Shown piece after piece: positions 26,194 through 36,233 of a DNA stretch of 38,150 nucleotides. Numbering within the stretch: the first letter of the stretch is position 1; each line of letters starts with the position of its first letter. The stretch covers positions 1-38,150 of the forward strand of contig JAECRX010000097.1 in assembly GCA_016292335.1 (NCBI GenBank). The letters run 5' to 3'. Made by a program: the position numbers and the translations under genes. The DNA is from Candidatus Sifarchaeum subterraneum. Lineage in GTDB: Archaea > Asgardarchaeota > Sifarchaeia > Sifarchaeales > Sifarchaeaceae. The notes under the pieces are model-generated. The model saw only the letters and a program-made list of their open reading frames with translations. It was not told where the DNA came from and made no database searches.

Positions 26194-26941
26194 TCTACTG
26201 TTTGCTGGATATTCCTCGTTTTACAAGTAAGTGGCGCTTTTTGAGACATTTTGCTAAATCAAAGATAGTTCTGTCCAAAATTCTATTCTAATTAGTTCGA
26301 ATGGACGTTTAAGTGGAAGGTACTTCAAATTTTCCAAGTCTTTCTTTATTTTATGATTAGAAAATATTATGAAATTAAATATTGCACGGAACACGAGATT
26401 AAAAAACTCAGGATAAAAGAAAACTTTGAAAACATCAGAAAAATCTATTACCCGAGATTCATGTTAAATAACAAAAACTTCTTATGTTCAATCATTAACA
26501 TAGTACTATCGAAAAAGACGAAATAACTCTTCAATTTCCTTAAAGGAATTAAACTATAGTGTTTTGAATAATTTTTCTAAAGTTTCTTAATACTAACCTA
26601 CATAACCTTCCACGGTATAAAAAAAATCCATGCTGTGAAAAAACAGAATCTTGAAAAGGTATGAAAACCTAAATCACCTGTGGAAGCAAGATCACAAAGA
26701 AAAGGAAGAAAGATGAACGGATAAGCCTCAATTTCATACAAGAAGTTTGTGGAGTGATTCTACAAAAAAATTTGGAAAAGTTTTTCAAAACACTATAACT
26801 CTTTGAATATGATCGATCTCTTTTTAGCACACAGATTTTAAGAATAAAAGAATAATTGCCTGAATTTTTGTCCCATTTTACTCCTAACAGGCTCTTTCAG
26901 GCTCTATAAAAAGAATAAGAGGCGGGGTTGAAAAGTAAAAA

Positions 26942-29827
26942 TTGACATTTGCTCAACTAACGTCATCAATCAGAAAAATAGCATTGGAATTTGGATTTAC
27001 TACTCCTACTCAAGTCCAGAAAAAAGCTATCCCACTAATTTTAAGTGGACAAAATGTTTTGGTAATTGGGCCCACTGGCAGTGGTAAAACAGAAGCTGCT
27101 GTTTTGCCTGTTTTTGAAAAATTTATTAGAATTAGAGATGAAGGTCATGAAGTGAAAGGAATTTCCATTTTATTTATTACACCTTTACGGGCATTGAACC
27201 GTGATATTTTTAGAAGAATAGTTGATATAGGGAAAAAGAATCTCGGAATTGATATCCAAATAAGACATGGCGATACAACTTCATATCAGAGGAGAAAGCA
27301 GGCTTTAAAGCCACCGCACATGTTAATTACAACTCCTGAAACCCTTCAGGCTATTTTACCTGGAAAACGAATGAAACAACATCTTAAAGCTGTTAAATGG
27401 ATAATCATTGATGAAATTCATGAATTAAGCTCAAGTAAAAGAGGCATACAACTCGTTCTCGCTCTTGAAAGACTTTTAGAAATTACTGGTGAAGAGTTTC
27501 AAAGAATCGGGTTGTCTGCCACAGTTGGAAGTCCCAAAAAGATTAAAAATTTCTTAGCTGGAAAAGAAAGATCAATTCAAGTAATGAATATTTCGAAGGC
27601 AAAGAGTTTAGATTTATCAGTTGAGTGCCCCTCCCCTACAGAAAATGATGTTTTTTTAGCAAAGGAGCTCTTTACATCCATAGAGGCTGTTGCCAGGATA
27701 AAAAGATTGGTAGAGCACGTTAAAAACCATGATTCCGTTCTTGTTTTTGTTAATACCCGCCAATTCGCAGAAATAATTACTTCAAGATTGAGACTTTATG
27801 ATCCCGCGTTTAGATTTGATATACATCATGGATCTCTTTCTAAAGAGGTAAGGGTAAGTGCAGAAGATAGATTTAAAGCAAAAGAACTTAAAGTAATCGT
27901 ATGTACGTCCTCTCTTGAATTAGGCCTGGATATAGGTGACGTGGATCTAGTCATACAGTTTATGTCTCCAAGGCAGGTCATAAGGCTGGTTCAAAGAGTT
28001 GGTAGGGCTAGGCATTGGGTAGAAGAAGTTTCAAAGGGGATTATTATTAGTATGGATGCTAACGATATTTGCGAATCAGCTGTTATTGCTAAGAGAAGTT
28101 ATGAAAGCATTCTTGAAAGAGCCTTAATTCATGAAAATGCATTGGATGTTCTCTGTCACCAAATTGCAGGAATTTTATTGGATAAACGAAAAGTTTCAGT
28201 AAAAGAGACTTTTGAAATTATTACAAGGGCGTGGCCTTTCAGAAATTTAAGTTATGATGTTTTCTTAGAAGTCATCGGCCTGATGGATAGGATACATCTT
28301 ATTTGGATAAAAAACAGTAATAAAACAATCGAACTAGGAAGCAGGGCAAGACAATATTATTATAATAATCTTAGCACCATTCCTGATGTAAAACGATATC
28401 ATGTCTTTGATGTTTCGACCAACAAAAGTATAGGCGTTTTAGATGAAGAATTCGTAGCAACGAGAGCCGAGCGTGGAGTTGTATTTATAGTAAGAGGAAG
28501 ACCCTGGAAAATAATTAGTTTAGAGGAAGAGGATAACAAAATAAACGTTGAACCTGCCCCTGATCATACAGGTGCAATCCCTGGATGGGAAGGAGAACTT
28601 ATACCTGTCCCTTTTGAAGTTGCTCAAGAAGTAGGCGAACTTTTTCAGAAATTAGAGAATATTTTGATTAATAAAAATGTAAAAAACAATCTGGAGGATT
28701 TAAACCAAGTTTCTGAAGAATATATGTTAACTGAAGAGGCCTTAAATAAACTATTATCTACAATAGAGGCTCAAATTGAAAGTGGTGTGCCAGTACCTAA
28801 TCACAATGCTATTGTGATCGAAAGTATTGAAGATTATGTTATTATTCATACATATTTTGGAAGCCGTGTTAATTCAACAATTGGTCACCTTTTATCAGCG
28901 ATATTAACTTCTAGATTTGGAGCGACTGTAGGTATCTGGACAGATCCTTATCGAATAAGACTACGATTCCCAGGGAAAATCAGGCCTGAAACAATAGAAA
29001 CAATTCTTAAAGAACTTAATCCCGAACATATTGAAGTGATTCTTGATCTTTTACTTAGGAGATCTTCTCTTTTTGAATGGAAGTTTATGCACGTCGCAAA
29101 AAGATTCGGCATAATTGAACGCAATTATTCTGAATTAGGAAAATTTGGTTTGTCAAGACTAATAAAAATTTTTCAAGATACTCCGGTAGAATGGGAAACA
29201 ATGCGTGAAGTGAAATTTGAAAAATTGAATGTTACGCGCACTAAAAGAATTGTTGAAAATATCAAAAGAGGATTCATTACAACCCATAAGATAAATCGAA
29301 AGGGTATTAATGATGTTTCTCCAATTGCTAGACCCGCTTTGGATTTTTTAACCTCAGGTGATCTTATTTCACCCTCAAGACCAGAAGCTGAAATTTTAAA
29401 AGCAGTTAAAAACCGATTATTAAATAAACGAGTAAAATTGGTCTGTTTATATTGTGGGAATTGGAATACAACAAGAACTGTGAAATCGCTTCCAGAAAGT
29501 CCAACTTGTCCTAAATGTCAATCAAAATTCGTTGCAATATGTTCACCAAAGAACAATGAACTACAAGCAGTTTTTAAACGATATAAAGACAGGAAAATGA
29601 AATTATCTAAAGAAGAAATGAAAATTTTAGAAAGAGGATGGAAAAGTGCCAATTTAATGATGGCATCTGGTAAAAAAGCGATTATTTCGATGGCTGGTAG
29701 AGGGATAGGCCCAACCACTGCGGCAAAAATATTATCAAGGTTACATAAAAGCGAAAATGAGTTTCTTAAAGATATTTTGAATGCTGAAAAAGAGTATGCT
29801 CGGACAAGGGCTTTCTGGGCTAATTAG
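26942..29827 (+). CDS. lhr: Lhr-family large SF2 (DEAD/DEAH) helicase with C-terminal zinc ribbon
   Basis: 961 aa with a TTG start. Motifs are GPTGSGKTEAA, DEIHEL, SATVG and VGRARH. A long Lhr-type C-terminal extension includes CLYCGN...CPKC. Confidence 0.85.
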   Translation: MTFAQLTSSIRKIALEFGFTTPTQVQKKAIPLILSGQNVLVIGPTGSGKTEAAVLPVFEKFIRIRDEGHEVKGISILFITPLRALNRDIFRRIVDIGKKNLGIDIQIRHGDTTSYQRRKQALKPPHMLITTPETLQAILPGKRMKQHLKAVKWIIIDEIHELSSSKRGIQLVLALERLLEITGEEFQRIGLSATVGSPKKIKNFLAGKERSIQVMNISKAKSLDLSVECPSPTENDVFLAKELFTSIEAVARIKRLVEHVKNHDSVLVFVNTRQFAEIITSRLRLYDPAFRFDIHHGSLSKEVRVSAEDRFKAKELKVIVCTSSLELGLDIGDVDLVIQFMSPRQVIRLVQRVGRARHWVEEVSKGIIISMDANDICESAVIAKRSYESILERALIHENALDVLCHQIAGILLDKRKVSVKETFEIITRAWPFRNLSYDVFLEVIGLMDRIHLIWIKNSNKTIELGSRARQYYYNNLSTIPDVKRYHVFDVSTNKSIGVLDEEFVATRAERGVVFIVRGRPWKIISLEEEDNKINVEPAPDHTGAIPGWEGELIPVPFEVAQEVGELFQKLENILINKNVKNNLEDLNQVSEEYMLTEEALNKLLSTIEAQIESGVPVPNHNAIVIESIEDYVIIHTYFGSRVNSTIGHLLSAILTSRFGATVGIWTDPYRIRLRFPGKIRPETIETILKELNPEHIEVILDLLLRRSSLFEWKFMHVAKRFGIIERNYSELGKFGLSRLIKIFQDTPVEWETMREVKFEKLNVTRTKRIVENIKRGFITTHKINRKGINDVSPIARPALDFLTSGDLISPSRPEAEILKAVKNRLLNKRVKLVCLYCGNWNTTRTVKSLPESPTCPKCQSKFVAICSPKNNELQAVFKRYKDRKMKLSKEEMKILERGWKSANLMMASGKKAIISMAGRGIGPTTAAKILSRLHKSENEFLKDILNAEKEYARTRAFWAN

Positions 29828-30080
29828 ATTAAAAAAATATTGAATTGTGTATGCAAATTTATTTCATCTTGTGAGGCTATTCATACACATAAAAAGTTAT
29901 AAAGAATAACTCTTCAATTCTGGACGGTTTATAGAGAATAACAAAAACGAGAAAAGCAAAATATAAAACGTTATTAATTTCTTCAATCCTCCACAAAGTT
30001 TCATATCAATGGCGTTATTCATTCATTAAAGGATTTACGAGGTAAAATACTTCGAAAAAGCCTTTCCTTAGTATGTTATT

Positions 30081-30352
30081 GCCAACTACTCCTCCCTGAA
30101 GGTTAGAGCCTTTTGGATGAGCCACTACAACGTGGGAGTTGAGTAGGCGTCCCCTATGATGGCACACATTCTGGGATGCTTCGCTAGTTCTGTCCCTGCA
30201 AACCGTGTGTTTAACAAGGGGACCCGTCATGGGTGGCCACTTTTCGTGGGTGCGGCTCCAAAGCGATGGCACGTTTCGTATCATAAATCCTTTTAAGAAG
30301 GGTGTGTATCTCCAAATCACAATTTCGCGCACACCTTTAGGTGTGTGTCCCT
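30081..30352 (-). repeat. GC-island element, full-length copy E (only clear minus-strand copy)
   Basis: The reverse complement gives 5' hairpin cacacacc-taaa-ggtgtg and acaccc-ttcttaaaa-gg. The central block is gtgccatcatagg (compare A). The 3' signature is ctctaaccttcagggaggagtagttggc (30108-30081). ORF 30015..30332 is an artefact. Confidence 0.5.
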
Positions 30353-30598
30353 TGCCGTTATCTATATGAATAAAAGGGAAGGATTCTTAGAGTGAAATAA
30401 GCGTCACCAAAGTGAATAAAAAATAATACAAAACATTAAAATATTAATTTATTAAACTTGGATCGAGCATGAGAAAAACCTTGAATCAATTCTACTCATC
30501 TCTGTTGTGTTTTAAAAGGAGATTAGCGAGACATTTTTGTGGATATATGACCAATTTATGATCCTTTTGTTTTCAACTATCGATACTGGTGGGATGAT

Positions 30599-30940
30599 TT
30601 GTCGGAACTTAGAATCGAACCTCTTGTTCTCCAACCTACTGAAAAATTAACTAGGGCAATGAAGATCGCTACTTCTTCCGGAAAAGTAATTTTCGGATCA
30701 AAACGCGCAATTAAAGCAGTAAAAAAAGGAACTGCTGCTCTAGTAATTCTCGCGAATAATTGTCCGGATGAAATTAAAAAAGATATTCTATACTATTCCG
30801 CTATCTCAAACATAAATTTAGTCATTCTGGATGTGAACAGCATTGATATGGGAAGGATCTTAGGAAAACCTTTCTTTGTTGCGTCTATGACCATTCAAGA
30901 TCCAGGTGATTCAGAAATCTTGAAACTTACGGAGGGGTGA
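30599..30940 (+). CDS. rpl30e: Ribosomal protein eL30 (L30e)
   Basis: 113 aa. SGKVIFGSKRAIKAVKKGTAALVILANNCPDEIKKDILYY matches L30e. Start is uncertain: TTG at 30599 behind GGTGGG, or the internal ATG at 30660. Confidence 0.85.
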   Translation: MSELRIEPLVLQPTEKLTRAMKIATSSGKVIFGSKRAIKAVKKGTAALVILANNCPDEIKKDILYYSAISNINLVILDVNSIDMGRILGKPFFVASMTIQDPGDSEILKLTEG

Positions 30941-30941
30941 C

Positions 30942-31379
30942 ATGGCAAGTGGTGTTAAAATTACAACGGAAGAAATCAGATATATTGCGTTATTTGAATC
31001 AATGACAGGGGCAATCACAAAAGATTGTGTTATTGACGAAGATGAAAATCGCCTCATATTTATTGTGAAAAGTGGAAATGTTGGCCGTGCTATTGGTAAG
31101 AGAGGTACAAATATCAAAAGAGTTAGAGAAATTATTGGAAAAGGTATAGATGTTGTTGAACTTGCGAACACACCAGAACAATTTATTAAAAATATTCTTG
31201 CCCCTGCTCATGTTAAATCCATCCATATTAGTGAGAAAATGGACGGTAGAAAGATAGCAGTTGTCAATGTCAGTTCACAAGATCGTGGCCTTGCCATAGG
31301 AAAGAATGGCCGTAATGTTTCGAAAGCAAGAATTTTGGCAGCAAGATATTTTGACATTTCTGATGTTGTAATCGCTTAA
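30942..31379 (+). CDS. nusA: Archaeal NusA-like protein (two KH domains)
   Basis: 145 aa, starting 1 nt after the rpl30e stop. KH GxxG motifs are GKRGTNIKRV and GKNGRNVSKA. The order L30e-NusA is conserved in archaea. Confidence 0.85.
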   Translation: MASGVKITTEEIRYIALFESMTGAITKDCVIDEDENRLIFIVKSGNVGRAIGKRGTNIKRVREIIGKGIDVVELANTPEQFIKNILAPAHVKSIHISEKMDGRKIAVVNVSSQDRGLAIGKNGRNVSKARILAARYFDISDVVIA

Positions 31380-32060
31380 AGGAAAGTTTAGCTTCATGTT
31401 TATTAATTCTCTTCCATGGGTCATCGAGCCTAGAAAATCACTGGCGATCACTGGTGTGAGGGGCCAGATATCGGTTGGTTTTAATCTGATTCTCAGCCAA
31501 CCCCAATCACTCATTAGTTTTCCCTCGTCCCCTTCAATTGACGAAGGGATCTCCTTTTCCAAGATTCATGGAATTTAAATCGGAATAAAGCTCTTTTTAA
31601 GCTCTCGGTTTGTATATCTAAATTATTGAGTCAATAGCTTGATTGGTCATCCACAATTCGTTGGAAAAATTGCAATCGTATTGATCCAATCGCTCTCGTA
31701 CACTATTGACTTATCTTCTTCACTTAAGGTCTAGGCTCTTAGAAACCATGTATGGTTTACACTCAGATATTTTATAGAAGCAATACATGCCGTGAGGAGC
31801 AAATGATATCTTAGAGATGTGTACCCGACGCTCATACACTCATTTAAGGCTCCCAAGTCGTAATCCTTAATAATTGCTGAGTGTAGTTTTTTCGCATCAG
31901 ATTCAGGAAGTTTTTTGCAAGGTAAAATTCCTACACGGGCTTCAGCTTGACATTGTACATGAGGAGTTCATCAGTGGTCGTAGTAAGTTTATGCTTGTCA
32001 ACCGTTTTAGGCATTTTCTGATTTCTGGACAAGCCGGCTTGAAGTCACTTAATCATCAGT

Positions 32061-33293
32061 TTATCGGTAATATCCATGATCTTCCACCGCTTTGAAAACT
32101 GCATCAATATTTTGCTTAGGAGTATCACTTGTTATAGCTACAGGCGTGATAATTAACGGTGTTTCATTTTGAACTGCCAGTTTACAAAGATTTGCAACAT
32201 GGTTATACACTTCAGTAGCAAGGGCATCCCTGAGGAAATATGGCATCACTGTATAGGTATAACACCTTGAGATCTCTCCACATAACTTTATCATCTGAGC
32301 ATCATCCACATCCAATATTCCCATCCTATTAACGTCAAAACATATTGGAGCAACAAGTGTTGTTAAAGGGGAATATTTCTTCTCTTTAACACTTAAGCGT
32401 AATAACTTTTCATAACTACCTTCTGTATTTGGATAATAGGTAACAGCAGGATTTTGCCTTTTAAGCAATTTTAGAGTGTCCAAAACATAGGGATAAACAT
32501 GTTCCAAGAAATCTTTCACCTCCACGATCGGAGGACTAGCATACAACTCCCAAATTATAGTCCCAAGCGGATCTACATCGTTGCGCCTATATTCTCTAAT
32601 GATCTTCTTTACTATTTCTTTGTAAACCTCTATTTCATCCAGAAAAAAGGTAGGATAAATTTCTAACTCTTCCTCACAATATTTTTCAATCAATTTCTTC
32701 TCTTTCTCACTTTCAGCATTTATATACGATAAATATGATACAAAGTCCTCCATCAATTGGATTTGCCCTCTGACAAAACATCCTAGTGTAAATGGACCAG
32801 TTATAAGAGGACTTTGTATAGACTCGGGAAATTCTTCTTGAGCCAATGCATATGTTTCTACAGAATAATGAAAGTATTCACTTGAATCGGGGATATCAAT
32901 CCCTGCTAAGTCCTCAGCATCCTTAACAATTGTATCCACGTTGGTTGGATAATTCCAATTAACTATTTGCATTGGAACTCCCATTTCAGGTAGTCCACTA
33001 CCTAATAGTGGACCCCCCCAGTAAACATTGGCGATCATATCGGGATTATACAAATAGATAAGCTTTCGAGCAACCTCTATATTGAATTTTGGGTCTTTTA
33101 AAAATAATTTCCAATGATATTTTGGATTAACAAATTTGGGGTCAATGTTCATCGGAACAAGTATAGTTGAAACTCTATCAGTACATTTCCCCATAGTGGT
33201 CAAAATAAATCTTTCAGAATTAGACAGACTTCTTCGTAAATAATTTTTAAAATTACCTTTCACCACTAACTTTAGAACATTTAAGATTCCCAA
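32061..33293 (-). CDS. URO-D-like (MtaA/MtbA/CmuA-type) methyltransferase, divergent
   Basis: 410 aa. The N-terminal SERFILTTMGKCTDRVSTILVPM matches the URO-D-family ER..a..G...DRvPv start. It overlaps the upstream corrinoid-protein gene by 13 nt. Zinc-ligand motifs are not clearly recognisable. Confidence 0.55.
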   Translation of the reverse strand: MGILNVLKLVVKGNFKNYLRRSLSNSERFILTTMGKCTDRVSTILVPMNIDPKFVNPKYHWKLFLKDPKFNIEVARKLIYLYNPDMIANVYWGGPLLGSGLPEMGVPMQIVNWNYPTNVDTIVKDAEDLAGIDIPDSSEYFHYSVETYALAQEEFPESIQSPLITGPFTLGCFVRGQIQLMEDFVSYLSYINAESEKEKKLIEKYCEEELEIYPTFFLDEIEVYKEIVKKIIREYRRNDVDPLGTIIWELYASPPIVEVKDFLEHVYPYVLDTLKLLKRQNPAVTYYPNTEGSYEKLLRLSVKEKKYSPLTTLVAPICFDVNRMGILDVDDAQMIKLCGEISRCYTYTVMPYFLRDALATEVYNHVANLCKLAVQNETPLIITPVAITSDTPKQNIDAVFKAVEDHGYYR

Positions 33294-33979
33294 GCCTCTT
33301 CCACCATCATACCTTTTAATCTATCATATGAATTATTTAACAGATCATTCGCAACGTAAACAGCTTCACGGGCATTTTTAGCATATGAGTCAGCACCAAT
33401 TGCTTTGGCAAATCTTGGTGAAACGGCCAATCCCCCAACTATAATTTTGAAATCAAGATTGTTTTTTTCCCTATACTCTATGAGTTGCAAGACTGCTTCT
33501 TTCAGGGAGATATTTGCAGTTGTGTCCAACCAAGCAGCTAATCCGATAATTTGAGGGTTATGTTCCATATAGCCGTCAATAAACATTTGATATGAAACAT
33601 CAACTCCAAGATTAATTACTTCAAAACCATCTCCTTCTAAAAATAATTGAACAATTTTAGTTCCAATCGAATGTACATCTCCTTCGACAGTACCTAACAA
33701 GATTTTTCCCTTGGTTGAAATCTTAGGAATTAAAGGTTCTATGATTTCCTTTGCCTTATCAAATGCTTTGGCACTAAACCAAACATCAGCAACGCAATAC
33801 TTTTTCTCCTCAAAATATTGTCCAATTCTTTCCATGGCATTGCTCAAAATCTCAAGAATAGTATAAACGGGGACATCATTTTTCAAAATCTCCTTAACAA
33901 GTGTTTCAACTAAATATGGTCTTCCTTCAATGACCATTTTTTCTAATTGATTCAGGCAATCCAAAGATAATACCTCCAT
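33281..33979 (-). CDS. Methyltransferase cognate corrinoid protein (B12-binding, MtaC/MtbC-type)
   Basis: 232 aa. It has an N-terminal B12-binding_2 cap, the DxHxxG motif as GDVHSIG, and downstream IVGG and GADSYAKNAREAV. Confidence 0.85.
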   Translation of the reverse strand: MEVLSLDCLNQLEKMVIEGRPYLVETLVKEILKNDVPVYTILEILSNAMERIGQYFEEKKYCVADVWFSAKAFDKAKEIIEPLIPKISTKGKILLGTVEGDVHSIGTKIVQLFLEGDGFEVINLGVDVSYQMFIDGYMEHNPQIIGLAAWLDTTANISLKEAVLQLIEYREKNNLDFKIIVGGLAVSPRFAKAIGADSYAKNAREAVYVANDLLNNSYDRLKGMMVEEAWES

Positions 33980-33988
33980 TAATTATAA

Positions 33989-34765
33989 TTATGAAATTTT
34001 GCCCAATTGAGTAAAACCACTTAGATAGGTTCTTTTTTCCTCAAAATTGCATAAGCCGAGTTCGTAAAGTGAAATAAAAAAGCTATAAATTAAAGAAAGA
34101 TCAAATCCTATTCCCAACTTTTTCCAAATTTGTAAAAGTGAGCGATTATTATCAGTATGAGAAAGGATTTTGTTGATCATTTCAAGATCATATTTTCTAA
34201 CAAGTTCAGCGGCAAGTGAACCTTTTAGAATCTTATATTTTTGTTCTTTAGATATGATCGGAATTTTTTGTCTTGAAAACGTGAGTAAATCCACTTGAGT
34301 AATTTGAGGTTTCTCCTTTGATTTGTATTCATTGATTCGATTATTCAGTCTATTTGGATCGATTGTTTTTATCCAACCATCAAAATTAATCAGATCCCCC
34401 TCTGCTTCCTCCAATATCATTTCAGACTCTTCTATAAAAGGTTGAACAGGAACTGATGAGTCAATTATGAAGAACAGTAGATCCTTCACTACAGTATTAT
34501 CTGTTTGTCGTTCATTTCGAGCAATAATTATTTTTTCCCCCTTAAAATCAATAGAATCGATAGAAGTATCTGCAACGCCCATGTGGAATTGAGCTAATAA
34601 CATAGGATCCCGGAGAGTTTCAATAAACCTTGAATTTTCATTGAAAACTTTTTCAAAGGCTATAACTGGCCCTAAAGTTGTATCAAACACGACTAGAATA
34701 ATTGCTTTCAGCCCACATTGACTTAATTCAGATTGAAACTCATCTTCAGTCATTTTATGAATCAT
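33989..34765 (-). CDS. Orphan protein, predicted GTPase partner (N-terminal alpha/beta domain, C-terminal helical/winged-helix-like part)
   Basis: 258 aa. Its start overlaps the upstream GTPase gene by 11 nt. The N-terminal LKAIILVVFDTTLGPVIAFEKVF resembles the first strands of longin/roadblock-type folds; this is inference only. Confidence 0.55.
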   Translation of the reverse strand: MIHKMTEDEFQSELSQCGLKAIILVVFDTTLGPVIAFEKVFNENSRFIETLRDPMLLAQFHMGVADTSIDSIDFKGEKIIIARNERQTDNTVVKDLLFFIIDSSVPVQPFIEESEMILEEAEGDLINFDGWIKTIDPNRLNNRINEYKSKEKPQITQVDLLTFSRQKIPIISKEQKYKILKGSLAAELVRKYDLEMINKILSHTDNNRSLLQIWKKLGIGFDLSLIYSFFISLYELGLCNFEEKRTYLSGFTQLGKIS

Positions 34766-35333
34766 TTTTTCTACTACCTATCCCATCGATAATTGACAAT
34801 AATTTGTAAAATGCGGTTTTAACATTCAATCCTGTTATTGAAGAAGTTCCAATAACTGGAATATTATTCTCAATTCCCAATATTTTTGCAATTTCCTCAG
34901 GTTTCAAAGCTGCTGGCAAATCTTGTTTATTAGCACAAACAACAAAAGGAACATTAATAGTCTCCTTTAAAAGTTTCAGAATTAATTTGGATTCCTCGAT
35001 TATTTGAGAACTGGCAGTTGAATCAACGAGAAGAAAAGCTCCTTTAGAACCCGCCCACCATAGATTCCATAATGGTCTATACCTTTTTTGACCACCCAGT
35101 TCCCAAAGAATAGCATGTATGTTTTCAAAAGGTATTTTGTAAAAAGCCACACCGGGAGTTGGCTTGTATTCATGACAAGCAATTAAGTTGTTTTCGAATT
35201 CTTCTGCAATAATACTTTCAAGTACTTTACCCATTGTAGTTTTTCCAGATCCTCCACTTCCCATTAAGAGCAACTTAACGTTTGAAACAATTAGAGGAGT
35301 ATTTGACTTATGACTTCCATTAACACTGATCAA
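34755..35333 (-). CDS. Arf/Sar-like small GTPase
   Basis: 192 aa. G1 is GSGGSGKTT, G3 is WELGGQKRYRPLW (Arf-type WDxGGQ..R.lW) and G4 is NKQDL. Confidence 0.85.
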   Translation of the reverse strand: MISVNGSHKSNTPLIVSNVKLLLMGSGGSGKTTMGKVLESIIAEEFENNLIACHEYKPTPGVAFYKIPFENIHAILWELGGQKRYRPLWNLWWAGSKGAFLLVDSTASSQIIEESKLILKLLKETINVPFVVCANKQDLPAALKPEEIAKILGIENNIPVIGTSSITGLNVKTAFYKLLSIIDGIGSRKNDS

Positions 35334-35759
35334 TAATAAATAACCCTAAAAGAATATTCTTACTTCTTTAAAAACTCCACCAAATACTTAGATTCAGCGC
35401 CTAAATTACTCGATCAATGCCCAGTTTTAATGGAAAACTTGTTAAAAAACAAGAAAACACTGCATAGGGTTTTGTTTTTATTTTATGCTCATTTTATGGA
35501 ATATGCCCTAATTATTATTTAAGAGTAAAAATTAACCTTCAATGGAAACAAATATAAGACGTGAAAAAGTCTTTAGGTATTAGTATGAAGAAACTGACCT
35601 GCGCTGAGTTTTCTGTAAGAAGAAAAATAATGATGAGTTGCAACTCCACGGATCAAATTTGATTGACCGAAAATATCTTAAAAAAACTCTTTCTCCCTCT
35701 TAAATGAAGAAACGAGTAAAGGAAATCCCGTTAATGAGAATACAGGAGGTAAATACTTT

Positions 35760-36029
35760 ATGTGGGATTTTCTTATATTGTTAGGAATAATAATTACATT
35801 CATAGGAGTAGGAATAATCTTCTTAGGAATAGCTTTGAAAACAGTGGAGAAGCAAGAGCGAGATACAGAGAAAAAGGAAGTTCGCAATACAAAAACAAAG
35901 GGAGGAGGAGTTATATTAATAGGTCCAATTCCGATAATTTTCGGGACAGACCGTAGTATTGTCATTATTGCGATAATTGGAGCTATTATCCTCATAGTAT
36001 TGTCAATTATATTTTTCATTTATTTATGA
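35760..36029 (+). CDS. Small archaeal membrane protein, DUF131/TIGR00304-like
   Basis: 89 aa with an ATG behind GGAGGT. Two hydrophobic helices flank GGGVILIGPIPIIFG. Confidence 0.55.
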   Translation: MWDFLILLGIIITFIGVGIIFLGIALKTVEKQERDTEKKEVRNTKTKGGGVILIGPIPIIFGTDRSIVIIAIIGAIILIVLSIIFFIYL

Positions 36030-36233
36030 CGTCTCTCATCCTCTTCCCAGATTTCTACTGAGTATTTTTTTTTGAGTAATTATTGGTTCTTTGAAGGAAT
36101 ATTTCGATTATTTATTTGTCTTAAATCCACTAAATTTCATTTTGAAGGAGTCTTTTTTAAGAATTTCTTTCTTAACGTTCAAACATGTTCCATCAAAGCG
36201 GAAAAATCCAAAAAGCGCTATTAAACTATTGAC

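Noticed and set aside
35762-35956. Alternative-frame and antisense ORFs over the DUF131-like gene (35762..35956 +, 35678..36019 -).
   Set aside because: The 35760 frame has a GGAGGT SD and a recognisable two-helix membrane protein with the GGGVILIGPIPIIFG motif. The others are basic or hydrophobic translation artefacts.
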